Below the pieces are notes generated by a model. That model was given only the letters and a program-made list of their open reading frames with translations. It searched no databases and was not told the origin of the DNA. From Sulfolobus acidocaldarius DSM 639 (lineage in GTDB: Archaea; Thermoproteota; Thermoprotei_A; Sulfolobales; Sulfolobaceae): 32,000 nucleotides of DNA. A program made the position numbers and the translations under genes. This document shows, piece after piece, positions 9,727-18,657 of the stretch (positions are counted from its first letter, which is position 1; each line of letters starts with the position of its first letter). Location: the NCBI RefSeq assembly GCF_000012285.1, contig NC_007181.1:180001-212000 (forward strand). The letters are read 5' to 3'.

Positions 9727-10044
9727 TTAACCCTTCTTACTTGGCAAGGTTGGAATAAAGGGCTCACCAGAGAACTCCAACTTGTCCGTAATCTTGACCT
9801 GAATTAACCTGCAGTTACTTCCACAACTTGTCTTTGACTCTGGTTCCTTAAGCATTTCTCCCGTAATAAGGCTGAAAACAGCATAATGGAATGGACACTT
9901 TATCTTATCATCAAATATTTCAACGCCTTTTTCAAGAATAGGTCTTCTCTTGTGAGGGCACCCAGCTAACCAAGTATAAGTTTTACCATCCTTTCTATAA
10001 ATCATTATAGGGTAACCCTCTATTTCTTTAACTTCAATACTCAT
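9727..10044 (-). CDS. Rieske [2Fe-2S] domain protein (small ferredoxin-like)
   Basis: 105-aa ORF with both Rieske boxes: CPHKRRP (C-x-H) and CPFHYAVF (C-x-x-H). Confidence 0.8.
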   Translation of the reverse strand: MSIEVKEIEGYPIMIYRKDGKTYTWLAGCPHKRRPILEKGVEIFDDKIKCPFHYAVFSLITGEMLKEPESKTSCGSNCRLIQVKITDKLEFSGEPFIPTLPSKKG

Positions 10045-10497
10045 GACATATAGATGCTATGTGTGATCTTAAAAGATTTACAAGTCACCATCTCCATAAA
10101 CTGGTGTTAATCATGGTGAGGAATAAAGAGAACCTTGAAAAGGCTAATCTGACAACAGCCCAATTTCCTGTTTTACTATATCAAGAACAAATTTATAATG
10201 TTAAATTCTGACTTCTTACCTGATTAAATAAGGATTTAAAAGCAAAATTTTTTATTTTTAAAACTGTTATATAAGACTGGAGGAGTAGTTTTTCTTATTA
10301 TCCCCTCTGTTAAATTAGATTATTTACACCTTAATTTATTATCTTTCCAGGAAATTCTGGTGAAAAATACATTACAAGTAAATTTGTAGTACATAGTATT
10401 TTGGAGGTGAAAGATTTACTCAGGGTAACTGAATATGTAAGTCAACAGTTAATCCTAAACGAAGATTACGTATTTTACCCTCCAAAGGGATAAGAAA

Positions 10498-11061
10498 ATG
10501 AATATTAGGGATGTTTTAACCGGTCTAGTTAACCATTTGACTGTAGAGGATAGAAAAATAAGATCATATTTACCTTTAAATGGAAACGAGGCTGTTGAAG
10601 TTGAGCCCACCCTTAAGGACTTGGGATTCGTCTCATGTACTTTTATGTTTAAGGAGGCTAAACGATACATAAAACTGATAGACACGACCAAGAGGGTCTC
10701 TGCATTGTTAAATGAAAGATTTTTATCAATTAGTTTCTATAATGCAGTAAAACCTAAGGACAAGGTAGTAGGCAATATAGTAGATGCGCTAAATGAAATA
10801 GAGGGCTCCAGGATAGGTACAAGGGTGGTTGTACCCAGTGTAACGCAGGAATTCGATAGATCTGAAGTGTTGATTTTATTGCAAAGCTATGGTTATAGGA
10901 TAGTTAAGGATCATAAGTTCGATTTAATAAATATTTTGAAGGTGAAGAGGTTGAATGTGGTCTTGACTGTCTTTGTGGAAGGAGATGAGAGAGGAGATAA
11001 GCTATTTATAGTTGATTCTACAGTCAGTTCATTAAATCAAATGAATGTAGCGTATCTTTAG
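10498..11061 (+). CDS. Hypothetical protein (no recognisable domain)
   Basis: 187-aa ATG ORF with ordinary soluble-protein composition, preceded by a 453-bp AT-rich divergent intergenic region. I recognise no motif. Confidence 0.5.
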   Translation: MNIRDVLTGLVNHLTVEDRKIRSYLPLNGNEAVEVEPTLKDLGFVSCTFMFKEAKRYIKLIDTTKRVSALLNERFLSISFYNAVKPKDKVVGNIVDALNEIEGSRIGTRVVVPSVTQEFDRSEVLILLQSYGYRIVKDHKFDLINILKVKRLNVVLTVFVEGDERGDKLFIVDSTVSSLNQMNVAYL

Positions 11062-11226
11062 AATGGCTTTAGGAGGCTTTCGATTATGATAATTCCCTTA
11101 CTTCCTCTAAGTCTTGAGTGGTAATTTTGGAAACAATGTTTTATGAAGTTGAGGACGAACTCAAATCAAGAATTATATCTCAAATATTAAGCTAGTTTTA
11201 TAAATTTCTCAGGTTTAGAGTAATAT

Positions 11227-11370
11227 ATGAATCCCTTTCCATTACTACTGACATTTATGTTGTATTTAAGACCTGTAGTTGGAGATTTCGGTATAATATT
11301 CCTGTTTCTCTCATTTCTAGCATCACTTATCCTCTTGTTTTTATCATCTATTTTAGCCATTATCATTTAA
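11227..11370 (+). CDS. Hypothetical 47-aa hydrophobic peptide
   Basis: ATG ORF MNPFPLLLTFMLYLRPVVGDFGIIFLFLSFLASLILLFLSSILAIII. Its 3' end overlaps the MscS stop by 8 nt. My own translation, no homology. Confidence 0.25.
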   Translation: MNPFPLLLTFMLYLRPVVGDFGIIFLFLSFLASLILLFLSSILAIII

Positions 11371-12301
11371 CTAGATTGTTTGAGGAATTATTCTGAGTCT
11401 TCTGTTGTCTAATTATCATTTCCTGCCTCACTTTTAAGAGTCTTTTTAATACCTCAGATTTTACTTTCCTCCAATCCTCCCCATTTCTCACTTTTATCCT
11501 TACTAGGACTGCCACATACTCTTTGTCAAATTGTTCATTAAAGTAGGGACCATTTTCCACTTCATAGTCTTTTACAACCTGATTTACCGCATTTTCGATC
11601 TCTTCTACCCCTAGGCTAAGCGGAAATTCGACTCTCAAACCAAATACCTTTTGGTCTGAAAATCTCGTTGTATAATCAAGAATAGAAGAGTTTAAAACAA
11701 CTAGATTTGGAACTCTTAACTCATTACCGTCATCTGTTATAATTCGGGTGAAGAACAGGTCTATGTCAACTACTGTTCCTTTATAACCTGTATCTATTCT
11801 CTCCGTAGAAAAGTACTTATATGCAGGAAGTGACGCAACACCATAAGGTATTTGTGAGCTAAGAATTCTCACTTGATCCCCTACGGTAATGTATCTTGTT
11901 AATATTATCAGTATTCCAGCGAAGAAGTTACCTAGAATAGGTTGTAAGGCTAGACCTATAACTAATCCTCCAAATACACCACTAGCCAACACTGTAGAAG
12001 CACTTACCCCTAGTGTTGATATTGCTACAACTATAGTAATTATGTAGCCAAGTATTTTCACAGTTGTCGCTATTTGATACGCAACGTTTGGTATCTTTAT
12101 CTCTCTAACTACTTCCCCTAGGCTCCAACTCAAGAGGAAACCTAACGCCAGAATTAAGCCAAGTCTTATCCAAAGAATATTATCAGGAGTAAAAATTCCA
12201 TTATTTAACTGACTAGATTGAAGTACTCTCAGTATGTAATTTATAACTCCAAAGGCTACAATAGAGGATAAAAGAATTATAATGAACTTTTGTAACTTCA
12301 C
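11363..12301 (-). CDS. Small-conductance mechanosensitive channel (MscS family)
   Basis: 312-aa ORF with 3 N-terminal TM helices followed by the MscS pore/beta-domain signature LQPILGNFFAGILIILTRYITVGDQVRI. Confidence 0.8.
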   Translation of the reverse strand: MKLQKFIIILLSSIVAFGVINYILRVLQSSQLNNGIFTPDNILWIRLGLILALGFLLSWSLGEVVREIKIPNVAYQIATTVKILGYIITIVVAISTLGVSASTVLASGVFGGLVIGLALQPILGNFFAGILIILTRYITVGDQVRILSSQIPYGVASLPAYKYFSTERIDTGYKGTVVDIDLFFTRIITDDGNELRVPNLVVLNSSILDYTTRFSDQKVFGLRVEFPLSLGVEEIENAVNQVVKDYEVENGPYFNEQFDKEYVAVLVRIKVRNGEDWRKVKSEVLKRLLKVRQEMIIRQQKTQNNSSNNLVK

Positions 12302-12590
12302 AGATCTAGCATTTTTCAGGAATTATATAAACTTATTACATGACCTTACTTCACCCATACCGTAAAGGGTGAGCTTTCCTCATTATATAAATTTATAGAA
12401 ACTAATCTAAATGCGCTTTATCCTATAACGAGAATTCAACATATCAATTTTTGAATCGTTTCTCTAGATAGTTTATAAGTAATCACCCTCACTCTTTAAC
12501 CTACTACGTTTGTAATTCTTCTAAAAATAACTCAAAATATAAGAGAGGTTTTCCGTAAAGCCTTTTAAGTAAATAGATCATATTATAAAT

Positions 12591-13658
12591 ATGTTCTCTT
12601 CTGATCCGTCTGTGCAAGCGAGGAAAGAAAAGTTAGATAAAGAGGAAGAAGTAAGAGCGCTAAGAGGAGCTTTGATGGCAGAGTTGGACGCAATAAACTA
12701 CTATCTTCAACAGGGTAAGCTTTTTGAGAACGAACATCTTAAGAAGGTTCATGAAGACATTGCGAAAGAGGAAATAGCTCATTTTGGAGAATTTCTAAGG
12801 CTACTGTATGAGGTTAGTAAAGAGGATTTTGATTACATAGTTAAGGGTTGGAAGGAAGCATCAGAGCTTATAGGAAGCGGAAATGAAATACCAATTCCGC
12901 ATGGACAAGGGAATGATGATAAGGACAGTGAGCATAAAGAGGACAAAAATGATAGTTATCAGAAGGAACCCTCTGTGGAGGAGATAGTTTATGAGGCTTT
13001 AAAGCAAAGAAAAATAAGATACGCTGGGACTTTGAGGAGCTACCCTGATGAAAGCATCTCTCTGTTTGATTTTGAGGAGACTGAGAGGGAAGTCACACAG
13101 AAAATGGATTCGCAACTTTATAAGATAGAATATTTGAGTGTGGAATTCAAAATTAGAAGTGACTTACCTGTAAACAGGACTTTAAATATCATACATAGAG
13201 CAGGGGTAAAGTACTCCCTTATGGAAGATGAATTGTTACTCTCCAAGCATCCATTGTCCATTATAGAAAGGGGTAGGAAAGAAAAAGCATCAGATTGGGA
13301 TATTCCAGGTAGTATTGCAAACGATGTAATAAGAGGAATACAGATCCTAGAGACAAACGGCTACACTGACCCTGTTACGATAATCTCCCCTGAGCTCTAC
13401 ACAAGGCTTTTCCGCGTTTATGATAAGAGTGGTACTTATGAAATAAAGTTAGTAAAACATGCTACTGAAATTATAGTATCTCCTTTGATTAAGGGCTTAG
13501 CTGTCGTGTCAAAGAAAGGGTTCTACGTCATGGAGAATACGCCAGCTAAGGTAGAGTTTCTAGGAAGAGAAGGGATTAATAGTGATTATATCATTTGGGG
13601 AAAGATTGCCCCCTACTTAATTGATACTAATGCTGCAGTTGTATTTCTTCGCCAATAA
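12591..13658 (+). CDS. Encapsulin shell protein with N-terminally fused ferritin-like (EncFtn/Flp) domain
   Basis: 355-aa ORF. Residues 1-95 carry the encapsulated-ferritin di-iron ligand pattern (E31, Y38 in AELDAINYY; E61-x-x-H64 in EEIAHF). Next comes an acidic low-complexity linker (GNDDKDSEHKEDKNDSYQKE). The remaining ~230 aa have encapsulin/linocin-like (HK97-fold) character. The architecture resembles the Pyrococcus furiosus PfV-type fusion. Confidence 0.75.
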   Translation: MFSSDPSVQARKEKLDKEEEVRALRGALMAELDAINYYLQQGKLFENEHLKKVHEDIAKEEIAHFGEFLRLLYEVSKEDFDYIVKGWKEASELIGSGNEIPIPHGQGNDDKDSEHKEDKNDSYQKEPSVEEIVYEALKQRKIRYAGTLRSYPDESISLFDFEETEREVTQKMDSQLYKIEYLSVEFKIRSDLPVNRTLNIIHRAGVKYSLMEDELLLSKHPLSIIERGRKEKASDWDIPGSIANDVIRGIQILETNGYTDPVTIISPELYTRLFRVYDKSGTYEIKLVKHATEIIVSPLIKGLAVVSKKGFYVMENTPAKVEFLGREGINSDYIIWGKIAPYLIDTNAAVVFLRQ

Positions 13659-14232
13659 ACAGACTATCTAGTATCCTTTCTCTATAATCTAGAATTTTTT
13701 CACTGAAATACAAATATTCGCTTAAGTCTACACCCTCAAAGAACTCACTTATCTCATTCACTGTCTCCTTGAGAATTACATTCCTATTTTGTTTATCTAA
13801 GGATTTAATTATCTCAACTCCCTCCAAATAACTTTCTTTATCTGACCATAACTTGAACCTTGTGACAGGCTTGTGCAATATTTCCTGAACGTAATAAAGT
13901 GGTTTCCAAGCTAACAATACATGACCATGGTCTATGATATATCCGTAATTATTCTTGGAGAGAATATGATCCTCTTTTAAATCAATATTTAGTAGCCACT
14001 CCTCAAAGGCTAAAGCCCTCTTTAACTCTTTCAGGTTTTTCACTTCAAATGTGGCTCTATCTGGTAAGTAATCCATCATAATCCCCTCACTGGTGACCTC
14101 TAAATCAAGTACAGGCATTCCTAAAACTCTCCCTATTCTTGAGGCAAACAACTCGGATATCACTTCATACTTGGAATGAATGTCATTCTCTTCTTTGAAC
14201 CTTTTCAGAAACTTCATGACGTAGCATTGCAT
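13627..14232 (-). CDS. Hypothetical protein with an atypical protein-kinase / HipA-like fold signature
   Basis: 201-aa ORF. Ordered kinase-like elements: YVMKF (beta-3 Lys), EVISELFASRIG (helix-C Glu), MMDYLP (hinge), NIDLKEDHIL (catalytic-loop-like), YIIDHGH (DFG-like). Assigned from motif order only. Confidence 0.4.
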   Translation of the reverse strand: MQCYVMKFLKRFKEENDIHSKYEVISELFASRIGRVLGMPVLDLEVTSEGIMMDYLPDRATFEVKNLKELKRALAFEEWLLNIDLKEDHILSKNNYGYIIDHGHVLLAWKPLYYVQEILHKPVTRFKLWSDKESYLEGVEIIKSLDKQNRNVILKETVNEISEFFEGVDLSEYLYFSEKILDYRERILDSLFIGEEIQLQH

Positions 14233-14288
14233 GGGATCATTTTAAAAATCTGTTATGAGTCAAAAATTTATACTTCTGATAAGGACTA

Positions 14289-15149
14289 TTGAAAGTGTTC
14301 ACTGAAGTTTTTATTTCTGTATATGTTATCGCTTTGATACTAGGGAGATACATAAAATTACCTAAGGGGGTCTCAGACGCAATAATATTGACAGTGATAT
14401 TTACTATAGCATTTTGGGGAGGATCTCAGATAGCTGGAATTGAGTTGGTCGATTCTATATTACTATCACTTCTTCTTGCGCTAGTGATAACTGTGGTCAC
14501 TTACGCCCTAGGATTATTTACTGTCTCCAGACTAAATGTAACCTTCGCTACAAAAGTCAATTGGAAAGTCCAAGCAAAATACCTGATCCCATTAGTTTTA
14601 GGTTTCGTGGTTGGGCTATTACTAAGGGTTAACATTCCTTTTGGCAATATTATAGATTATGAATTGTACATTCTTGCATTAGTTATAGGAATTGATGTAG
14701 GGAGCGCTATTAGTCTGAAGACGTTAATGAAGATGAGTAAGGTAGCTATATTCGCTGTTATTATAGACGTAATTAGTGCAGTCCTTGTAGCCTTAATTAT
14801 CTCCCCCGTAATTAATTTAAAGGAAGGCTTGATGATTATGTTAGGATCAGGGTGGTATTCATATACTGGTCCTTTCGTAGCAAGATATTATGGTCCAGTG
14901 GCTGGAATAATTGGGTTTTTGGTTAATTTCCTGAGAGAGCAATTAGCCTTCGTCTTAGTCCCCATTTTCCTGAAGTTTAGACCTACCCCTGTGGGAGCAA
15001 TAGCAGTAGGTGGTGCAACCTCTATGGACGTTACTCTACCGTTATATGTGGAAGTTTTGGGAAATGAGTATATGATAGGAGCCATGGTAAGTGGAGTCAT
15101 ATTGACTATTGCAGTTCCAATAATTTTACCGTTGGTGAGTATAATTTGA
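14289..15149 (+). CDS. LysO/YbjE-like (DUF340) membrane exporter
   Basis: 286-aa polytopic membrane ORF (TTG start). GSGWYSYTGPF resembles the DUF340 GxGWYSLS motif, recalled from memory. Confidence 0.5.
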   Translation: MKVFTEVFISVYVIALILGRYIKLPKGVSDAIILTVIFTIAFWGGSQIAGIELVDSILLSLLLALVITVVTYALGLFTVSRLNVTFATKVNWKVQAKYLIPLVLGFVVGLLLRVNIPFGNIIDYELYILALVIGIDVGSAISLKTLMKMSKVAIFAVIIDVISAVLVALIISPVINLKEGLMIMLGSGWYSYTGPFVARYYGPVAGIIGFLVNFLREQLAFVLVPIFLKFRPTPVGAIAVGGATSMDVTLPLYVEVLGNEYMIGAMVSGVILTIAVPIILPLVSII

Positions 15150-16270
15150 ATAAGTGGGTAATTGTCTTCATAACTTCATCCTCCTTTTTTCTAGGCTATT
15201 TTGCCAGAGTAGCTTGGAGCATAGTGAGTGTTTATTCCACCTTAAAACCGAATGAGTTTGAAAATGGACTTATATTCTCGTTGTTCTTCATAGCATACGT
15301 TATAGTTCAAATTCCGTCGGGACTACTTTCAGATATTTTCAAACCTAACTTGATTGCATTGCTATCTCTAATAGGGCTTTTTGTGTCCTCCTTACTCTCT
15401 GGTATAGCTCAGACTATACTCATGTTGTATATATCCAGTTTTATGATGGGATTTTGCGCAGGTTGGATATACCCTGTGACGATAAAAATTCTCACAGCCA
15501 CGTTTTCAAAGAACGAGCTAAATAAGGCTATAAGCTACTATAGCCTAGCCTGGCCATTGTCGATTGTAATATCTGGTTTAGCTTTGCCTGCGATGACTAT
15601 TGACCTTGGCTGGAGAGCACCATATTACATGATAGCTCTGATATCCTTAGTGTTAGGACTATCATATCTCAAACTGGGTAATGTGAAAAAGGATTTAGAT
15701 AATAAAAATAACAACAAATTATCTTTTTCAGTAATCAAAGATAGAAGGGTCTTAGTTGTTAGTGTTGCTGGTTTTCTGTTCTTTTTATCTTATTGGACTA
15801 TTGCGTTATACGCTTATAAGTACTTTCTGTACACAGGTTTGAACGATTACTTTGCAGGATTAGCATATTCACTCTTAGCTTTAACCGGAATTCCGTCAAC
15901 CATAATGGCAGGTTTTATAATACAGAGGTTCGGTCCTATAAAATCCCTAAGTTTATTCGAAGGGGTTTACGGTATACTTACAATCATCTTACCAATTTCT
16001 CTAAATTATATTTACATACTGATAATTGCTGCTGTTATGGGTTTCGTTAGATTTGTGATAACCCCTGCCAATTCCTCGGCTGTAGCTATGATAGGTGGGA
16101 ATAAGGCTGGTAGCGTCTCAGGTATTTCTAACTTCTTCTGGCAGACTAGCGGAATAATCTCGCCTATTCTCGCATCTTTTATATTAGTAGATTTCAGCTA
16201 TCTCGCGTTATGGATATTTTGTGGACTTGTGATACTGGTATCAGCTATAATGTATTATGTGTTACTCTGA
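15146..16270 (+). CDS. Major facilitator superfamily transporter
   Basis: 374-aa ORF with about 11-12 TM segments in two halves separated by a charged loop (KKDLDNKNNNK). TTGA start/stop overlap with the LysO-like gene. Confidence 0.7.
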   Translation: MNKWVIVFITSSSFFLGYFARVAWSIVSVYSTLKPNEFENGLIFSLFFIAYVIVQIPSGLLSDIFKPNLIALLSLIGLFVSSLLSGIAQTILMLYISSFMMGFCAGWIYPVTIKILTATFSKNELNKAISYYSLAWPLSIVISGLALPAMTIDLGWRAPYYMIALISLVLGLSYLKLGNVKKDLDNKNNNKLSFSVIKDRRVLVVSVAGFLFFLSYWTIALYAYKYFLYTGLNDYFAGLAYSLLALTGIPSTIMAGFIIQRFGPIKSLSLFEGVYGILTIILPISLNYIYILIIAAVMGFVRFVITPANSSAVAMIGGNKAGSVSGISNFFWQTSGIISPILASFILVDFSYLALWIFCGLVILVSAIMYYVLL

Positions 16271-16752
16271 ACTATCCTTTTGACGAAACGGCTTCTCTGA
16301 AGAACCTTTAATTTATTCAAGCTTTTTGGAATATTAAGTTCATCTACAGACACAATAGACACTATATAATTTTCAAAAGTCTGCTCATCTATATCGGGAA
16401 AAGTTAAACGCTTAATGTTCCTAAATGATAACTGTTTACCATGGTTTATTATTTCTTCTTTAGATAATGTAAGATCGTCCAAATCAGCAATTACTGTAAC
16501 CCCTTTTCTAGCTTCATTAAATCCCTCCACAAACGATCTACCAGTTTCTTTAGCCCTCTGCAACGTTTGGTCTATGACGTTAGCCGTTTCACTTGCTACT
16601 CCTAGAAAACTACTCATCGCCTGATTCATTACCTCCCCTACAGTTCTTCCACTATCTCTTGCGAAATTTACCATTTTCTCATAAAGGTCTTGATCTATTC
16701 CCCTTATTGTTACACTTTTCTTTTTCTCTTCTTCAGATGACTTGTCAGACAT
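16255..16752 (-). CDS. Ribbon-helix-helix (CopG/Arc/MetJ-like) domain protein with an unknown C-terminal domain
   Basis: 165-aa ORF. Residues 13-48, VTIRGIDQDLYEKMVNFARDSGRTVGEVMNQAMSSF, have the strand-helix-helix pattern of RHH DNA-binding and antitoxin domains. I did not recognise the C-terminal ~90 aa. Confidence 0.5.
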   Translation of the reverse strand: MSDKSSEEEKKKSVTIRGIDQDLYEKMVNFARDSGRTVGEVMNQAMSSFLGVASETANVIDQTLQRAKETGRSFVEGFNEARKGVTVIADLDDLTLSKEEIINHGKQLSFRNIKRLTFPDIDEQTFENYIVSIVSVDELNIPKSLNKLKVLQRSRFVKRIVQSNT

Positions 16753-16755
16753 GTC

Positions 16756-16780
16756 ATACTGTAATACACAGTCACAGTAT
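16756..16780. promoter_or_regulatory. Inverted repeat ATACTGT-N11-ACAGTAT, candidate operator
   Basis: A perfect 7-bp inverted repeat lies 4-28 nt upstream of the RHH gene start (16752), between it and a TATA-like TTTAAAT at 16780-16786. It sits in the 79-bp divergent spacer shared with the TldE-like gene. Confidence 0.4.
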
Positions 16781-16831
16781 TTAAATTTTTCGCCATAAAA
16801 CTTATCAACTGTCGCGTAAAAGTGTAAATAT

Positions 16832-17806
16832 GTGATTTACGAGGTTGAAGAGGAAATAATTAACTTCACTCCTCAGGGGAACTTCACGGAAAACAGGGTT
16901 GTTAAAGTTCCCAGAAGAGGAGTCACAGGGGGATGTTCATCCTTTACACATCCAAGTGTAAAGGATTTTGAGAGAATAAGGGAGATAAATGATGATGAAG
17001 CTACAATTGTCATAAAGAAAGTTCGCAGACAAATAAGGGATGATGAACACGTTTGTGTTGAGGAGAAAGTTCTCAATTACGTAAGTATAGGTGATATGAA
17101 GTTCGGATATGTGGGAAGTCCACTTGAGGTAAAAATCTCGCTGGACTTTTTAAAATCCATAAGATTTAACGTTTTAGAGGAGAGGGTGTGGAATTTAGGC
17201 AGGGTCTACGGGATATTAGACCCAGAGGCATCAGCACATGTCTTTCATAACCTAGTTGAGTTTTTGAAGGGAGACCAACCTAGAATAAGACTTGGAGAGA
17301 AGATCTTATCAGATGAGATTTCAGTATATGATAACCCCTTGAATAATTATCTACTTGGCTTTTCAGTTTTTGACGACGAGGGCTATCCTACCAAGAGGAA
17401 GGAGATTATCGCTGACGGTACTGTCTCGTCATATCTTGGGACGTCGTTTACAAAGAAAGTTGAGCCCGGAAATGCAAGGGGGTTCATACCTAAACCAGAC
17501 TACTTTAACTTAGAGGTCAGTAATGGTAGCTGGAATGTTAAGGAGATGATCGAAGATACTAAAGGAGATTGGATACTTATCTCAGGTGTTAAAAGGAGTG
17601 AAATAGTGAAAAATAGTATTAGGCTATTTCCAAGAACAGTCATATTTAAGGGAAAAGGAGTGGTAGTGAGGGAGATAGCGATTCCACTTCAAGAGCTATT
17701 GACAATTGATGCAGTGAGCAAGGATGGTAGAAGTGTTATGGTTGATGAGAATCATGGTGCCTATACCCCTTATGTTAGACTTAAGGTAAGACCTATAATA
17801 TACTAA
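16832..17806 (+). CDS. Short TldE/PmbA-like protein (TldD/PmbA family, no HExxxH motif)
   Basis: 324-aa ORF (GTG start). The central region, SVYDNPLNNYLLGFSVFDDEGYPTKRKEIIADGTVSSYLGT, matches the conserved PmbA_TldD core (DDp...fDdEG.pt....li..G.l..yl). No zinc-binding HExxxH is present. It is about 100 aa shorter than typical family members. Confidence 0.6.
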   Translation: MIYEVEEEIINFTPQGNFTENRVVKVPRRGVTGGCSSFTHPSVKDFERIREINDDEATIVIKKVRRQIRDDEHVCVEEKVLNYVSIGDMKFGYVGSPLEVKISLDFLKSIRFNVLEERVWNLGRVYGILDPEASAHVFHNLVEFLKGDQPRIRLGEKILSDEISVYDNPLNNYLLGFSVFDDEGYPTKRKEIIADGTVSSYLGTSFTKKVEPGNARGFIPKPDYFNLEVSNGSWNVKEMIEDTKGDWILISGVKRSEIVKNSIRLFPRTVIFKGKGVVVREIAIPLQELLTIDAVSKDGRSVMVDENHGAYTPYVRLKVRPIIY

Positions 17807-17850
17807 CTTGTAAAAAAGTGGGTCTTAATTTCACAATCTTTTTACCTAAC

Positions 17851-18606
17851 TTACAAGCTGTGTGTTAAATAATCAATTCTTCCTCCATCCGCTACTATCA
17901 CTTGTCCAGTGATGTACTTGGCATCATCGCTAGATAGGAAGGTGACTATACCTGCTATGTCCTCTGGTCTCCCGGTAGTGTGTAGTACCGTCCTATCCCT
18001 AAACCACTGTTTAATTTTTTCAGTCTCTTCAGGACTCTTCCCCGAAACCGTTAAATCAGTCTCCACCCATCCTGGAGCTACAGCATTAACTCTAATGTTA
18101 TACTTGCCTAACTCAAAGGCTAGTCTCCTGGTTAACATTATAACAGCAGATTTAGTTATGGCATAGAACGTCGTTCCAACAGCAGATGTTCCAATTCCAG
18201 CATTTGAGGCTATATTTACGATTACGCCTCCTCTCTCCTTCATAAAAGGCAGAAAAGTGTGGATTACGTAGATCGTTCCATTCAAGTTAATATCCATCAT
18301 TCTCCTGTATTTTTCCTCATCAAACTCTTCAAATGGCATAGTGTACATAACCCCAGCATTATTTACGATTACATCTACGTTGTTTGTAATCTCCCTTACT
18401 TTTTTGGAAGCCTCTATAACTTGATCCCTTTTTGACACATTGCACTTGATTGTGACGATTCCTTTACTTTCCAATTCCTTTGCTTGGCTCTCCGAAGATG
18501 CGTAGAGCACAAATACCTTAGCACCTAAGGAGTTAAACCTCTCAGCTATAGCCCTTCCTATGCCCCTAGTTCCACCAGTTATAACTACGTTTTTACCCTT
18601 AAACAT
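17851..18606 (-). CDS. Short-chain dehydrogenase/reductase (FabG-like 3-oxoacyl reductase family)
   Basis: 251-aa ORF. TGGTRGIGRAIA cofactor motif, NNAG, and the catalytic YAITK (YxxxK). Confidence 0.8.
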   Translation of the reverse strand: MFKGKNVVITGGTRGIGRAIAERFNSLGAKVFVLYASSESQAKELESKGIVTIKCNVSKRDQVIEASKKVREITNNVDVIVNNAGVMYTMPFEEFDEEKYRRMMDINLNGTIYVIHTFLPFMKERGGVIVNIASNAGIGTSAVGTTFYAITKSAVIMLTRRLAFELGKYNIRVNAVAPGWVETDLTVSGKSPEETEKIKQWFRDRTVLHTTGRPEDIAGIVTFLSSDDAKYITGQVIVADGGRIDYLTHSL

Positions 18607-18657
18607 AAATTCTACTAGAGAATGTCAAAATAAAAGCTAAACGTTTACATTTTATAT

